NCBI RefSeq assembly: GCF_030144855.1 | Contig: NC_082710.1 | Location: 153,264,001-153,328,000 of the forward strand | DNA from: Hypanus sabinus | Taxonomy: Eukaryota | Direction: 5' to 3' | DNA length: 64,000 nucleotides | Shown here: positions 49,828 through 61,264 of the stretch, piece after piece | Numbering within the stretch: the first letter of the stretch is position 1 | Layout of the letters: the number at the start of each line of letters is the position of its first letter | Made by a program: the position numbers and the translations under genes | The notes under the pieces: model-generated | The model's input: the letters and a program-made list of their open reading frames with translations, nothing else | What the model was told of the DNA's origin: nothing | Database searches by the model: none

Positions 49828-50169
49828 GTTTTAAAACTTCCAGTCAATAAAATTGATGCACCATCAATAACTCACTCTGAGACGTAAGGCGAGATATCGG
49901 CTTTTATTGACTGGAAGAAGGAACCAGGAGTGAGTGACTATCATACTATGTCCTGGAGACTGAGGCCGAGCATCAGGCCTCAGATAGCCTTTATACAGGG
50001 GCCTGTGGGAGGAGCCACAGGAGCAGTCAGCAGGGGGCGTGTCCAGACAGGCACACGTAGTTCACCACAAAGATAATGATTGTTCAACTGTCTGAGCCAA
50101 TATAAAAATTTGTAAAAAGCCCACAGACCAATAGATTACATGCCATTCTATGATAATGAATGGGATCTA

Positions 50170-51955
50170 CTTTTGAAGTTCAAGTTCAAGTTGAATTATC
50201 ATTCAATCATACACGAATACCTATGAATACATCCAAATGAAATGTTACTCTGGGACCAAGGTGCAAAACACCGTACCGACATTTGTACACAGAACAAGAC
50301 ACACTTGGCATACATGGCCCATATTAGATAGAAGTAAAATGCAGCCACTCACAAAAAAAATAGACCAGGCCCCTGAGTCCATGAATGTTGCAGCTGTCTG
50401 CATTCGAACAACAACTGAGTGAACACTGGAGAGCAGCACTGACGTCGGCTTGGATGCCACACCACACTGCATTAACTTTGACACCTATCTCCTGCATGGC
50501 TGAAAGCAGGCGACTCCACTGCCTGAGGTCATGTGGCTCCCCTGCTGTGAGTCCCACCAATAAACCAGTGAATTGCATTTGCATCATTCCACAATACCAA
50601 TGTCCAACAGGCCCTGCGATCACAACAAAAGTGACTAAAACATCACTTATTGTCAGACTGCAGACCACCTCCGCACACCAACTCTGATCCCTCTCTGTAA
50701 CAGGCAGCAATATGGTCTACACCAAATCCAGCTCCTTTGGTTTCTCCACCAACAAGCAACTGATTGATGGGGTAGATACGGAGTATTTAAAGTGATGTCA
50801 CTTTCAATGAATTATGGACCTGTATTCCCAGATCCCTTTTTTCTACCAAAGTCCTCAGTGCCCCATTGTTCACTGTGTATGACCTGCCCTGGTTGGTCCT
50901 CCAAAGTGCAACTCCTTACACTTGCCTGTGTTCAATTCCATTTGCATTTTTTCAACTATTTTTCCAACTGATTCAGATCCCTCCGCAAGCCATAATAGCC
51001 TTTCACACTGTCCACTACAACCCCTTTCTTGGTGCCATCTGCAAACTTGCTGATCCAGTTATCATTGCTGAGGAATAAGAAAGACATGACCATGTTCATG
51101 GGGCTATATTACAGACTACCCAACAGTCTGTGGGATTTAGAGGAACAAATTTGTGGAGAGATCACAAACTGTTGGAAGAAACATAAGGTTGTTACAGTAG
51201 TTCATTCTAACTTTACACATATGGACTAGGCCTCCCATGCTGTAAAAAATGGAATACTGTTTGACAAATGTGTTTAGAAAAGTTTCCTGAATCAGTACCT
51301 GGAAGTCCGAATGAGAGAGTGTGCGATACTTGAGCTGCTATTAAAGCTCAAAGTTCAAACTAAAATTTATTATCAGAGTACATACATGTCACCACATACA
51401 GCCCTGAGATTCTTTTTCCTGCGGGCATACTTAGCAAATCTATAAAACAGTAACAGTAAGTGGGATCAATGAACAATGAACTGTGCAAGTACAGATATAA
51501 ATAAACACCAATAAATAACAAGCATGAAATAACAAGATAAATGAGTCCTTTAATGAGTGTAGTTATCCTCCTTTGTTCTACAGCTTGATGGGTGAAGGGG
51601 GATAGTGACTGCTCTTGTACCTGTTGGCATCAATCCTTAGGCACCTCTGCCTTCTACCTGATGGCAGCAGCAAGAAAAGAGCATGGCCTGGGTGGTGAGG
51701 ATCTTTGATAATGGATGCTGCTTTCTTATGGCAACTTTCAGGTAGATGAGCTCAATGGTTGGGAGGGCTTTACCCATGATGTAGTGGACCGAATCCACTC
51801 CCTTTTGCAGGATTTTCCACTCAAAGGCATTGGTGTTCCAATACCAAACAATACCAGATGCAGCACACTTTCCACCACACATCTACAGAAGTTTGCTGAA
51901 GTTTTTGGGGACATGCCAAATCTCTGCAGACTCCTGAGGAAGTAGAGGCACTGTC
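50170..51955 (-). mobile_element. Several antisense LINE fragments (Rex-type 50170-50760 and 51350-51955; CR1 about 50800-51330)
   Basis: (gttcaa)n and aaagttcaaa tails; ORF 51637-51882 remnant. Confidence 0.55.
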
Positions 51956-52130
51956 ATGCTAAGGAATGAGAAAGGGCAGGGAACAGAAGTTTGTGTGGGG
52001 AAATACTTTGCATCTAGTAATCGTAATTCCAATAGTTTCAAAGTAAAAATGGAAAAAGGTAGGTCTGGTCTGCGGGTTGAGATTTTAAGTTGTAGAAAGG
52101 CCAATTTTGATGGTATCAGAAAGGATCTGA

Positions 52131-54212
52131 ATAGTTTTCTGATAAAAGTGTATTTGGCCTTCAAAACAAATTCTGTGAGGACAAAGCTTGTATGTGCCTG
52201 TCAGAAAAAGTAAAGATAACACAACATGGCAATGGAGAACATCTGGGAAGAGTTTAAAACAACAGTGACATAAGTTGCGGAAAAGACTTTGGGTTATCGG
52301 AAAAAGAGCAAGAGGCATAACCCTTGGTTCACCGATGAGCTGAGAAAGTTAACTGAAGAAAGAATAAAGGTAAAACATTGGGATAATGAATGATACAAAG
52401 CCCTACACTGCTTGATTCAAAGAAAATGCAAGGAAGCAAAAGAGAATTGGATGAATGAACAGTGCAAAGAAATTGAGCAGTATGAACGAAGTCATGATTA
52501 TAGAGGTAAAGGATATGACAAAATTAAAGAGGACCATGCCATCAACTGGGTGTATTGAAGACGGTAGTGGTAATCCATGCTATGAAAAAGAAGAAATCAT
52601 GGACAGATGGGTTGAGTACATCTAGGAATTATTTGAAGATAACAGGATTAAGGATTTACCAGAATTTAATGAAATGATTAATCAACCGAAAATATTGACA
52701 TCAGAGATGGAAAGTGCGATTCGGAGTCTAAAAGTCAGAAAGGTTGCTGGTGAAGATAAGATTACCATGAAATTCTGAAATCACTTGGTCAGAATGGAAA
52801 AACAAACATTTTAGCGATATTAAACAACAGTTATATGACAGGAAATCTTCCGGAGGACTTTCTCAAATTGGTATTTATCACCTTACCAAAAAATCCGAGG
52901 ACAATGAAATATAACGAACACAGGATGATAAGCATAATGTCTGACTGTGTCAAGCTACTGTTCAAAATAGTGTTTGGCAGAATGAAAGGTACAGTCAGCG
53001 ATGAAATTGGAGAAACGCAGTTTGGATTTTGTAATGGCTCAGGAACAAAGGAAGGATTATTTGTGATGAGAAACCTCATGGAGAGATGCATTGAGGCACA
53101 AAAGACCAGCTACTTATGCTTTATTGACTGTGAAAAGGCTTTTGATAAAGTAAGACACGAGAAAGTAATAGGGGTACTGAACAAGTATGATCTGGGATGG
53201 GAGAATGTGCAGATAATAAGGAACTTGTATTGGAAACAGAAAGCGGTGGTCAGAGTAGAAAATGACCTATCACCATGGGCATGTATTAAACCAGGCGTAA
53301 GGCAAGGCTGTGTTGGCTCGCCGGATTTGTTCAACGTCTACGGAGAATGGATTTTTCGGGGATGCGACCATCAGGAGACAGGTATTCCAATTAGAGGCTG
53401 GAAGGTGGAGAACATCAGGTATGCGGGCGACACCGCATTGTTAGCTGACAGCGAATGCAAACTGCAAATTATGCTGAAGAAGGTGAATGAGAAAAGCCCT
53501 GACTACAGGACTAAAAATCAACCCTAAGAAAACAAAACCGATGGTGGTAAGCAAAATAAGCACTAAAGACTCATTCATGATGGTTTCGTTACAAGTGAAT
53601 GGACAAGACATTGAACAGGTGCGAAAGTTTAAATATCTTGGCAGCTGTCTGACAGATGACGGGAGATGTGAAGTTGAGATCAGAAGGAGAATGGGTATGG
53701 CTAAGGCCCAGTTCATGAAGATAAAAGATCTACTATGCAATCAGAAAGTAGACATCCAAAGTAGGATCCACTTCCTCGAGTGTTATGTATGGTCACTGCT
53801 GATGTATGGATCAGAAACATGGACCCTGAAGAAGGATGACGTGAAACTAATAACTTTTGAAATGTGGTGCTATTGATGAATCTTGAAGATCAGCTGGGTA
53901 GAGAAAGTTTCAAATGAGAGTGTTTTGTCCAAAGTTGATAGACCACGGACATTGCTGGAGAAGATTATGAAGTTAAAAGTTGCTTATTGTGGACATGTTA
54001 CGCAGAGAGATAACATCTTGTCGGGTTTGCTATATGGAAAAGTGGAGGGAAAGAAATGAAGAGGAAGGCAAAGAACAACGTGGCTGAATAACATAAAGAA
54101 TTAGACCAAGCTGGACAAGACTAGGGATGTTGTGGACAAGTGTTGGGACAGAGCAGCGTGGAGCGAAATAGTCTGCCAACTGGAAATTCCAGATGCGACC
54201 TGATGATGACGA
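52131..54212 (+). mobile_element. RTE-clade LINE, 5'-truncated RT pseudogene
   Basis: ORFs 52835-53527 (QFGF..FIDCEKAFDKV..GVRQGCVGSPDLFN..RYAGDT) and 53487-53876 (YGSETWTL); (gat)n tail at about 54200-54210. Confidence 0.88.
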
Positions 54213-55361
54213 AGGTAATGGGTTTAGGGATCCTTAGTTTTCAAGAGATATTGAAGCCCTGGTACTGAAGAATGGGAGATGCGTAGCAGGTATAGGCAGG
54301 TAGGAACAAATGAGGTACTTATGGGGTATATGAAATGCAAGAGAACACTTAAGAAAGAAATTAGGAGGTTTAAAAGAAGGCATAAAATTGCCCTAGCAGA
54401 CAAAGTGAAGGAAAGTCCTACGAGGTTCTACAGATATATTAAGTCCAATAGAATTGAAAGGGGAAAAAAGTGGTCCTCTGAAAGATCAGAGTGATAATCC
54501 ATGTTCAAGCCAAAAGAGATAAGGGAGATTTCAGATATTTTTTTTTGCATCTTTATCTATTCAGGAGACGATCACAGAGTCTGTAAAAGTGAGGCAAAGC
54601 AGCATCAACTTCGTGGACCCTACACAGATGATAGAGGAGGATGTGTTTGCTGTTTTGAGGCAAATTAGGGTAGATAAATACTCAGGACATGACAAGGCAT
54701 TCCTTCGGACCCTGCAAGTGCAGAAATTGCAGGGGTCCTAGCAGAGATTTAAATCATCCTTAGTGACAGGTGAGGTACCAGAGGACTGGAGAATTGCTAA
54801 TGTTGTTCCACTATAAAAGGTCCTAAAACTAAACCAGGAAATTATAGGCTGGTGAATCTAACATCATAGTAGGAAAGTTTTTGAAAGGTATTTGGGACTG
54901 GATTTATGAGTATTTAGATAGATGGCGACTGATCAGGGATAGTCAGCATGGCTTTGAGAGTGGCAGGTGGTAACAGACTTACAGAGTTTTTCATGGAAGT
55001 TACCAGGAAAGTTGATGAAGGCAAGGCAATAGATATTGACTACATTGAATTTAGCAAGGCATTTGACATGTTCTACATGGGAGGTTGGTCAGTAAGTTTC
55101 AGTTGATTGGCATTGAAGATGAGACATTGAAGATGGCATTGAGTGGGACTAGGTGAGAGTAAGCATTCAGCACAGACTAGAAGGGCCGAGATGGCCTGTT
55201 TCCGTGCTGTAATTGTTATATAGTTATATGAGTTAGTAAATTGGATCAGACATTGGTTTTGTGGGTGAAACCAGAGAGTGATAGTGGATGGCTGAATCTT
55301 TTACTGGAGGACTCTGACTAGTGGAGTGCCTGTGACTGCTGGGTCTGTTATTGTTTGTCAT

Positions 55362-56373
55362 TGTTAGGGTCCAGTCCGGAGCCCACCTTCAGGGTCTTGC
55401 TCCAGTCTGCGGACTCCGGACTCCGGGCCTTGCAGCCAACCCTTCTGTCACCTAGAGCCATTGGATCATCTTGGCTTAAGGAGGTACACCTGTCACCTAT
55501 TAGGGGCAGGTGTTTATAAGGGGCTCGGGGACTGAGCCAAGTTGGGGGGTTGTCTTGTTCTGTCTGCTCTAAATCTGGTTCTGCCCTGCTCTGTACCCTG
55601 TTTACCTGGCCTGGTTTCTGACCTGCTCTGTATTGGTTCTGTCCAGGTTTGTCTTGTTTTCCTGCTTCTCTTGTGTGTGCTGGTCCTGCTGTTCCACTGT
55701 ATTTGCCTTGCCTGTGCTGTTGTGCTATCTGCTTGCTTCTCCCTATTTACTGGTGTATCCTGGTTGTCCTGCTGCTCACCCTGGACCCAACTCCCTTCTG
55801 TTCCCTTGCCTCTGTTGGGTAAGCTAGGCTGTTGCTGTTACCCCTTGGGTGGTTCTGTCCCTTTCCTCTGTTGGGGAAGCCAGGCTGTTTACTGTTGCCT
55901 GGTGGAGGGACTTGGTCCCCTTCCTACCCCTCAGATGGGGTTGTGCCCTGCACCTGCCCAGGTGTCTGTGCCTTGCCCAGGCCTCTGTGTCTTTATCTGG
56001 GAGGTGGCCCTGCCCAGGATCCATGTGGCCTGCCCTGAGGACTCAGACCCTTTCCACCCCTTGCTCCCTATGGGTTGTGCCTGCACCTGCCCAGGTGTTC
56101 TGCTCTTTGCCTGGGCCTCTGTGCTCCTGCCTGGGAGGTGGCCCAGTCCAGGGGTTATGTGCCTGCCCCAAGGGGCTCTTCTGTCTGCCTGAACTTTGGG
56201 ATCCTCCTGCCTTGCCTGAACTCTGGGATCCTGCCCTGCCTTGCTGGACCTCTAGGATCCAGCCCTGCCTGCAGTACCCCTTGCATTGCCATGGCATCCC
56301 CATCCTGTCCTACCCCTAGTACTTCAGTGCCTGCGTCCTGCATTCAGGTCCAATCCTGTCCCCATTCCTGACA
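55362..56373 (+). mobile_element. Solo LTR, 1.01 kb, similar in architecture to 11653-12709
   Basis: TGTTAGG...CCTGACA termini; 5-bp TSD GTCAT/GTCGT; the CR1 host joins across it; TATA-like tttataag; internal repeats. Confidence 0.8.
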
Positions 56374-57779
56374 GTCGTCTTTATCAATGATCTGGATGAT
56401 AATGTGGTTAACTGGATTAGCAAATTTGCAGATGACACCAATGTTATGAGGAGGACTATTGGAGCTCACAACAGGATCAGGACCATCTGGAACAATGGAC
56501 TGAAAATGGCGGATGGAATTTAATGCAGACAAGTGTGAGGTGTTGCACTTCGGTAGGACCAACCAGGACAGGTCTTACATGGTGAGCAGTAAGGCACTGA
56601 ATGAGATAGAACAAAAGGATCTGGGAATATAGGTCCATCGTTCGTTGAAAATGTCATAAAGACACATTGGCCTTCATATGCCAAAGTGTAGTGTACAGGA
56701 GATGGGATGTTATGTTGAAATTGTATATGACATTAGTGAGGCCTAATTTGGAGTATTGTGTGCAATACCTAGAGGATGTAAATAAGGCTGAGAGAGTACA
56801 GAAGAATTACTGCAGGGACTGAAGGACCTGAGTAATAAGTACAGATTGAATAGGTTAGGGCATTAATCCCCAGAGTGTAGAAGACAGAGCAAATTTGATA
56901 GAGGTATACAAAAGTACGAGGGGTATAGATAGGGTAAATACAAGGAGCCTTTTCCACTGAGGTTGGGTGGGATTACAATGAAAAATGATGGACTAAGAGT
57001 GAAAGGTGAAGTGTTTAAGGGGAACATGAGAGGAGGCTTCTTCACGCTGAAGGTTGTGAGTGCGGAACAAGCTGCCAGCACAAGTAGTGCATGTAAGTGT
57101 GATTTCAACGTTAAAGGAAGTTTGGATAGGTACATGGATAGTAGAGGTATGGATGGCCGTGGTCCTGGTACAGGTCAATAGGACTAGGCAGTTTAAATGG
57201 TATGGGACAATCTAGATGAACTAAAGGGCCTGCTTCTGTGCTGTACTTTGCTATAACTCCATAAGTCAGAAAATATGCAAAACTCTCCGGCTATGGTAAC
57301 TACAACTCCACAATGATGTAAGGAACAGCAGCAAAATATACACAAAGCTGACAAGGAAGAACAATTATTAAAAGTGGAGAGAGGGAGAGAAATTTATTCT
57401 GCTGTTCGTCGGAACAAATGTACATCCATAGAGTGATAGGGTACTACAGCACAGAAATGGACCCTTCAGGGTTCATGCTGGGACATACTACTGAACTAGA
57501 GTCATGATCTGGAACATAAGAAAATAGCAGCAGTATAGGGCACACCCTCTTAAGCCTGTCCTGTCATTCAATATGGGTGATCTGCTCCAGATCTCTGCTG
57601 GCCTTAATAAATGGGGAAGCAGGCTTATAGAGGGCTGGATTGTCCACTCCTGAAGCAATTTCTCATCTCCTTCAAAAAGAGTACAAGGAAGTGAGAAATC
57701 TTAAACTGTCTAAGTCGTCTTCTCAACAGAGAGCACAAAACACATACCAGAAATTGAGGGGGGGGGGGAGAAAAGAAAT

Positions 57780-58085
57780 AAAGTATTACTTAGAGTCATA
57801 GTCATACAGTATGGAAGTGGATCCTATATGGATTGACCCTATCTGTGTACTTCATGCTTTTAAATAAGATCACCCAAAGTCTCATATGCTCCAGTGTGAA
57901 AGGTCCCTATCTGCTCAACCTAACTCCATAACTCAGTCTCCGAAGTCCCAGCAGCACCCTGGTAATTCTCCTCTGCACTTTTTCCAGCTTAATGGCATAT
58001 TTTCTATTATGGGGAACCAAAACTGAACACAATATTCCAAGTGCGACCTCACCAGCGTCTAGTACAACTTCAAGTGTGCAATTTG
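57780..58085 (-). mobile_element. CR1 LINE fragment
   Basis: ORF 57907-58089 GILCSVLVPHNRKYAIKLEKVQRRITRVL. Confidence 0.7.
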
Positions 58086-58559
58086 CCAAAAAAATTGAAC
58101 GTGATCCAGAACCATAAATTCCCCGACTTTTAAAATACTTCGATCTGCAATATTAATTGTGTTTATCTCTCCGAAGACACGGCTTAGGAATTTTAGGAGA
58201 TTTTGTTTTTGGTTCTGGAAATCCCCTGGATTCAGTTTCCTCCCCTACTTCACAATTTTGAAACTGCTGCTGTAGAAACAATATTGTTATTGAGTCTCCA
58301 ATATTCTTTAAATTCTGAGCGTTGAAAATTGCAAATAAAAAGACCGACACATTTGGGCTTCACATTGAAGCAATTAACAATATGTGCAGCTTCAATCACA
58401 CTGTAAATTGACTTTGGGGCTGCAGATTCTGTCGCAGGTAGATTCAGTTTCACATTTGTTTTGTTGTTTATAACACTAAATGGGTTCAGATTTTTCAGGA
58501 TTTCGTCAATGAAGTACTGTTCCAGGAGTTGCCGAAGTTTCAGGTGCTCCTACAGTAAG

Positions 58560-60070
58560 ACCAGAATTGACAGCGCAGGCCAATCGAGCACTTCGTAACG
58601 AGAGGGCTATGTCCGGTTCAGGGTGTAGGAGCAAAGTCATCTGGACTGGAGCCCGAATCGGCAATTCCGGGAATCCGCCAGACTTCTCTGTAAGCGACTC
58701 GTGAAACTGGTAAAAACCGATTACGCGCGCGTTTGCGCAGTTGGACAGGAGGGCGGCGACTTGTGTCAGTAACACGCTGCGTGACTCATCGGATACCAAC
58801 CCCCCAGCTCTGCAAACCCTGTGTTCCCTGTAAGAAGAAATGCAAAACAAGACATGTTTAGAGCAGTTTTTAAAATTAATATTGGGTAACCAGAGCCACT
58901 GCCAAAGGATAAACCCGAGCTGAGATTTTTTTTAGCATCATAGTTTGGTAACCCGAGCCATTGCAAAAGGATAGCTAAGTGAGTTTATAACATAAATGTC
59001 TAATCTGATGTATAATTCGAGTTTATTTTCATATGCGCAAGTACATATATACACAAGTGCAAGAAAAAGCTTATTTGTAACAGTATTACAGGTAAATAGC
59101 ATCATGTAAGCAGCATTCGCAACAAAACAAATTTTACAAGTATACACAATACGACAAAAAGTCCATTTATCCTTACATTTCTGGATAATCTGAATTATAT
59201 TTCGTTTCTGTATTAATCTTTCTATAATCATGTCCATTTTGCAGCAGTGGCTCTCTCTCTCTCGACTTGCATTAATATCGTTATGTTTATGATGTTTATT
59301 TTATCGTGTAAGTTACATAGAAAGCATGTTAGTTTAAGTTCATGTCAACTTATGTGCGACTGCAAAAATCCAATATTCATGCCATTTGTACATTTACAGT
59401 ACATTTGTACATTTCAAGTTTATTGTCACAGGAGACTGCAAAATGGTAACTACCTAGTTAAATTCTTAGCATTATTGTGGTATGATCTGAGGCATTTTAA
59501 ATGGATAAGCTGTAACTAAGCTCTGACGAGAAACGGGTATACTGAATAAGCTCATCGACCTATGAAAACATTAAAATTGGCCAGAATCCAACTGCCTCAA
59601 AATAATTATTCCAAAATCACATGATTTATGAAATTCCAGCAAAACATGCTAATGTTTTGCTTGTGATGTTTCATACTGCATCTGAAGTAGATTTGTCAAT
59701 GCTGTGACACAGGAAATCGGGACTGCCCTCTTTTCCCCCTTAAGTTTTTTTAAGAGATCGCCGATCTGAACGATTCGCCCTGGTTTCCCGATCTGCAAAC
59801 TCCACCGCGATCTTTTACCCGGAGACTGATGATGCGTATTTTCTAAATACTACCATTGGTTGTGCCGAGGCGAAAGGGCGGAGTGCCGCTTTCTTATTGG
59901 TACTGGGCGGCCGGTTGGTAACGCATAGTGTCTCGGTGCAAGCGCGGGTGCTCAGTTGAGGAGACGAAGAGACAAATTTCTTTCAAGTGCCTGGTGTGAG
60001 CCGTGTGTCCGAAAATGATGCTGCGTGTTCTGATCCTGTTCTCGCTTGGGTTGATGTGTGCGGCGAGTAA
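58560..60070. promoter_or_regulatory. CpG-rich promoter region with two sub-islands (58560-58830 and 59700-60070), possibly bidirectional
   Basis: ATTGG at 59855 and 59896, GGGCGG at 59876 and 59905, CCAAT near 58580, TGACTCA near 58782. Confidence 0.7.
60015..60066 (+). CDS. Signal-peptide exon 1 (MMLRVLILFSLGLMCAA, phase-1 donor) of an unidentified secreted or membrane protein
   Basis: ATG downstream of the CpG promoter, basic residue then hydrophobic core, small-residue cleavage region, donor CGA|GTAAGT. Confidence 0.72.
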
Positions 60071-60666
60071 GTAAACTTATAAACACGGAATTTTGTACCT
60101 GCTAGCAATATTGAGGAACATACACTAAGTGTCTGGAAGAACTCAGCAGGTCAGCCAGCCTCTCTGTAAAGGAATAAACAGTCTATCTTTCGGGTCGGGA
60201 TTGATGAAGGATCTCAGCCCGAAACGTTAACTTATTCCTCTACTTAGATGCTGCCTGACCTATTGACCTACTCCAGCACTGTAAGTAAATTTGTCGTTTT
60301 GGGTGTGTCGGGAGCAGGCAGGGTTGGGAAAATTCTCGGATCCTATTTGACCGCAGTGACTGAAAGAATACCCTAGGTCCCGATTCCATAAGTCTTCGTA
60401 TCAAAGGCGAACTCCCCATTTACGCTAATGCCCCAAGACCTGTCTCTGGGCACTATTAATCTTCGCTCAGAGAGTACTCCACCTAACCTGTTACATCCAC
60501 GTCCCCTCTCTGCTCTCTGAAAGATTTACCCATTAGTCCTATTGCCCCATGACTCTCTCGAAAGGAGACCTTCCATTACACCCAATGCCCCCACCGTCCT
60601 CTGGAAAGCAATCTTTCCCACTGGGTGTAATGCTCAATTCCACCTCTAGAGAAACACCTTTCCATA

Positions 60667-60805
60667 TTCTATATATTTAATTATATTGTACTTATTGCTT
60701 GTGTATTCTTTTATGTTCATTTTAATTTTGTAAGTTTGTAATCCCATTATCTATGTACTAGTCTTATCATGTTGATATTAATAAAAGGATTGAAAAAGGA
60801 AAAAA
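60667..60805 (+). mobile_element. 5'-truncated L1/Tx1-type 3' end with A-rich tail and 16-17-bp TSD
   Basis: AGAAACACCTTTCCATA at 60650-60666 and 60806-60822; AATAAA at about 60780 followed by an A-rich tail. Confidence 0.8.
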
Positions 60806-61238
60806 AGAAACACCTTTCCATAGTACCATTCCCCTCTCCTCCTCGCTCCCCCTCCCTTTCCCCCTCTCCTCCTTTTTTGAGGGGAAGAATCCCTGTTCCG
60901 GTGTCACATGCCCTGCCATCACCTTAAAACTTCATGTTCTCTTTGGGTGAGAATACTGCCTCTGGCCATTAGCCCCATGCCTTCCACCTGTTTGGAAAGA
61001 ATCCCTCCCATTATCCTGAATGTCCGGCTGATGTTTTCTTCTTGACAGCCTGTCAGTTAACCCAGTTCTCTGTGCCCCATTTCTAAGTGAGACCCACAAA
61101 ACCCTGGAGTTGGAAATTGTTTCTGGGGCTAGGGGGATTCGGCGGAAAAAGCTGTAGCATAGAACTGAATGTGGATGAATAGTGTTGAGAGGGAAAGTAA
61201 ATTCAAAGGGCTGAATAGTCTCTTGTTTCTTCTATCAG

Positions 61239-61264
61239 ATGCAGTGGGCTTCCGCACTGTCTCT
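61239..61264 (+). CDS. Candidate 26-nt exon 2 (N-AVGFRTVS)
   Basis: Acceptor tctcttgtttcttctatcag, donor TCT|GTAAGT, open in the phase set by exon 1. Confidence 0.45.

Larger units (their letters stand above)
45543..50069 (-). mobile_element. Full-length Ty3/gypsy LTR retrotransposon (gag-PR-RT-RH-IN), inactivated
   Basis: 5' LTR 49854-50069 (TG..CA); 3' LTR 45543-45740 (6 substitutions and 1 indel versus the 5' LTR, missing 17 terminal nt); PPT AAACAAAGGGGGGGTGAA next to 45740; TATAAA at 49995-49990. Confidence 0.97.
51960..57250 (+). mobile_element. Long CR1 LINE remnant hosting an RTE element and a solo LTR
   Basis: CR1 remnants at 51960-52130 (EILSCRKANFDGIRKDL), 54240-55361 and 56374-57250 (FADDT, 3' tail). 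Confidence 0.75.

Noticed and set aside
55542-56371. Long Leu/Cys/Pro-rich ORFs (216, 156 and 98 aa)
   Set aside because: They lie wholly inside a TSD-flanked solo LTR with low-complexity pyrimidine repeats; no domain is recognisable
58250-58549. 100-codon minus-strand frame EHLKLRQLLEQYFIDEIL..
   Set aside because: No recognisable domain and no good donor; ORFs of this length are common by chance in this track
59523-59534. Hammerhead core CTGACGA-GAAAC
   Set aside because: No stem II and no paired stem I or III; likely chance
59850-59930. MHC class II-type S-X-Y promoter module
   Set aside because: The ATTGG boxes lie upstream of the X-like GTTGGTAAC rather than about 20 bp downstream
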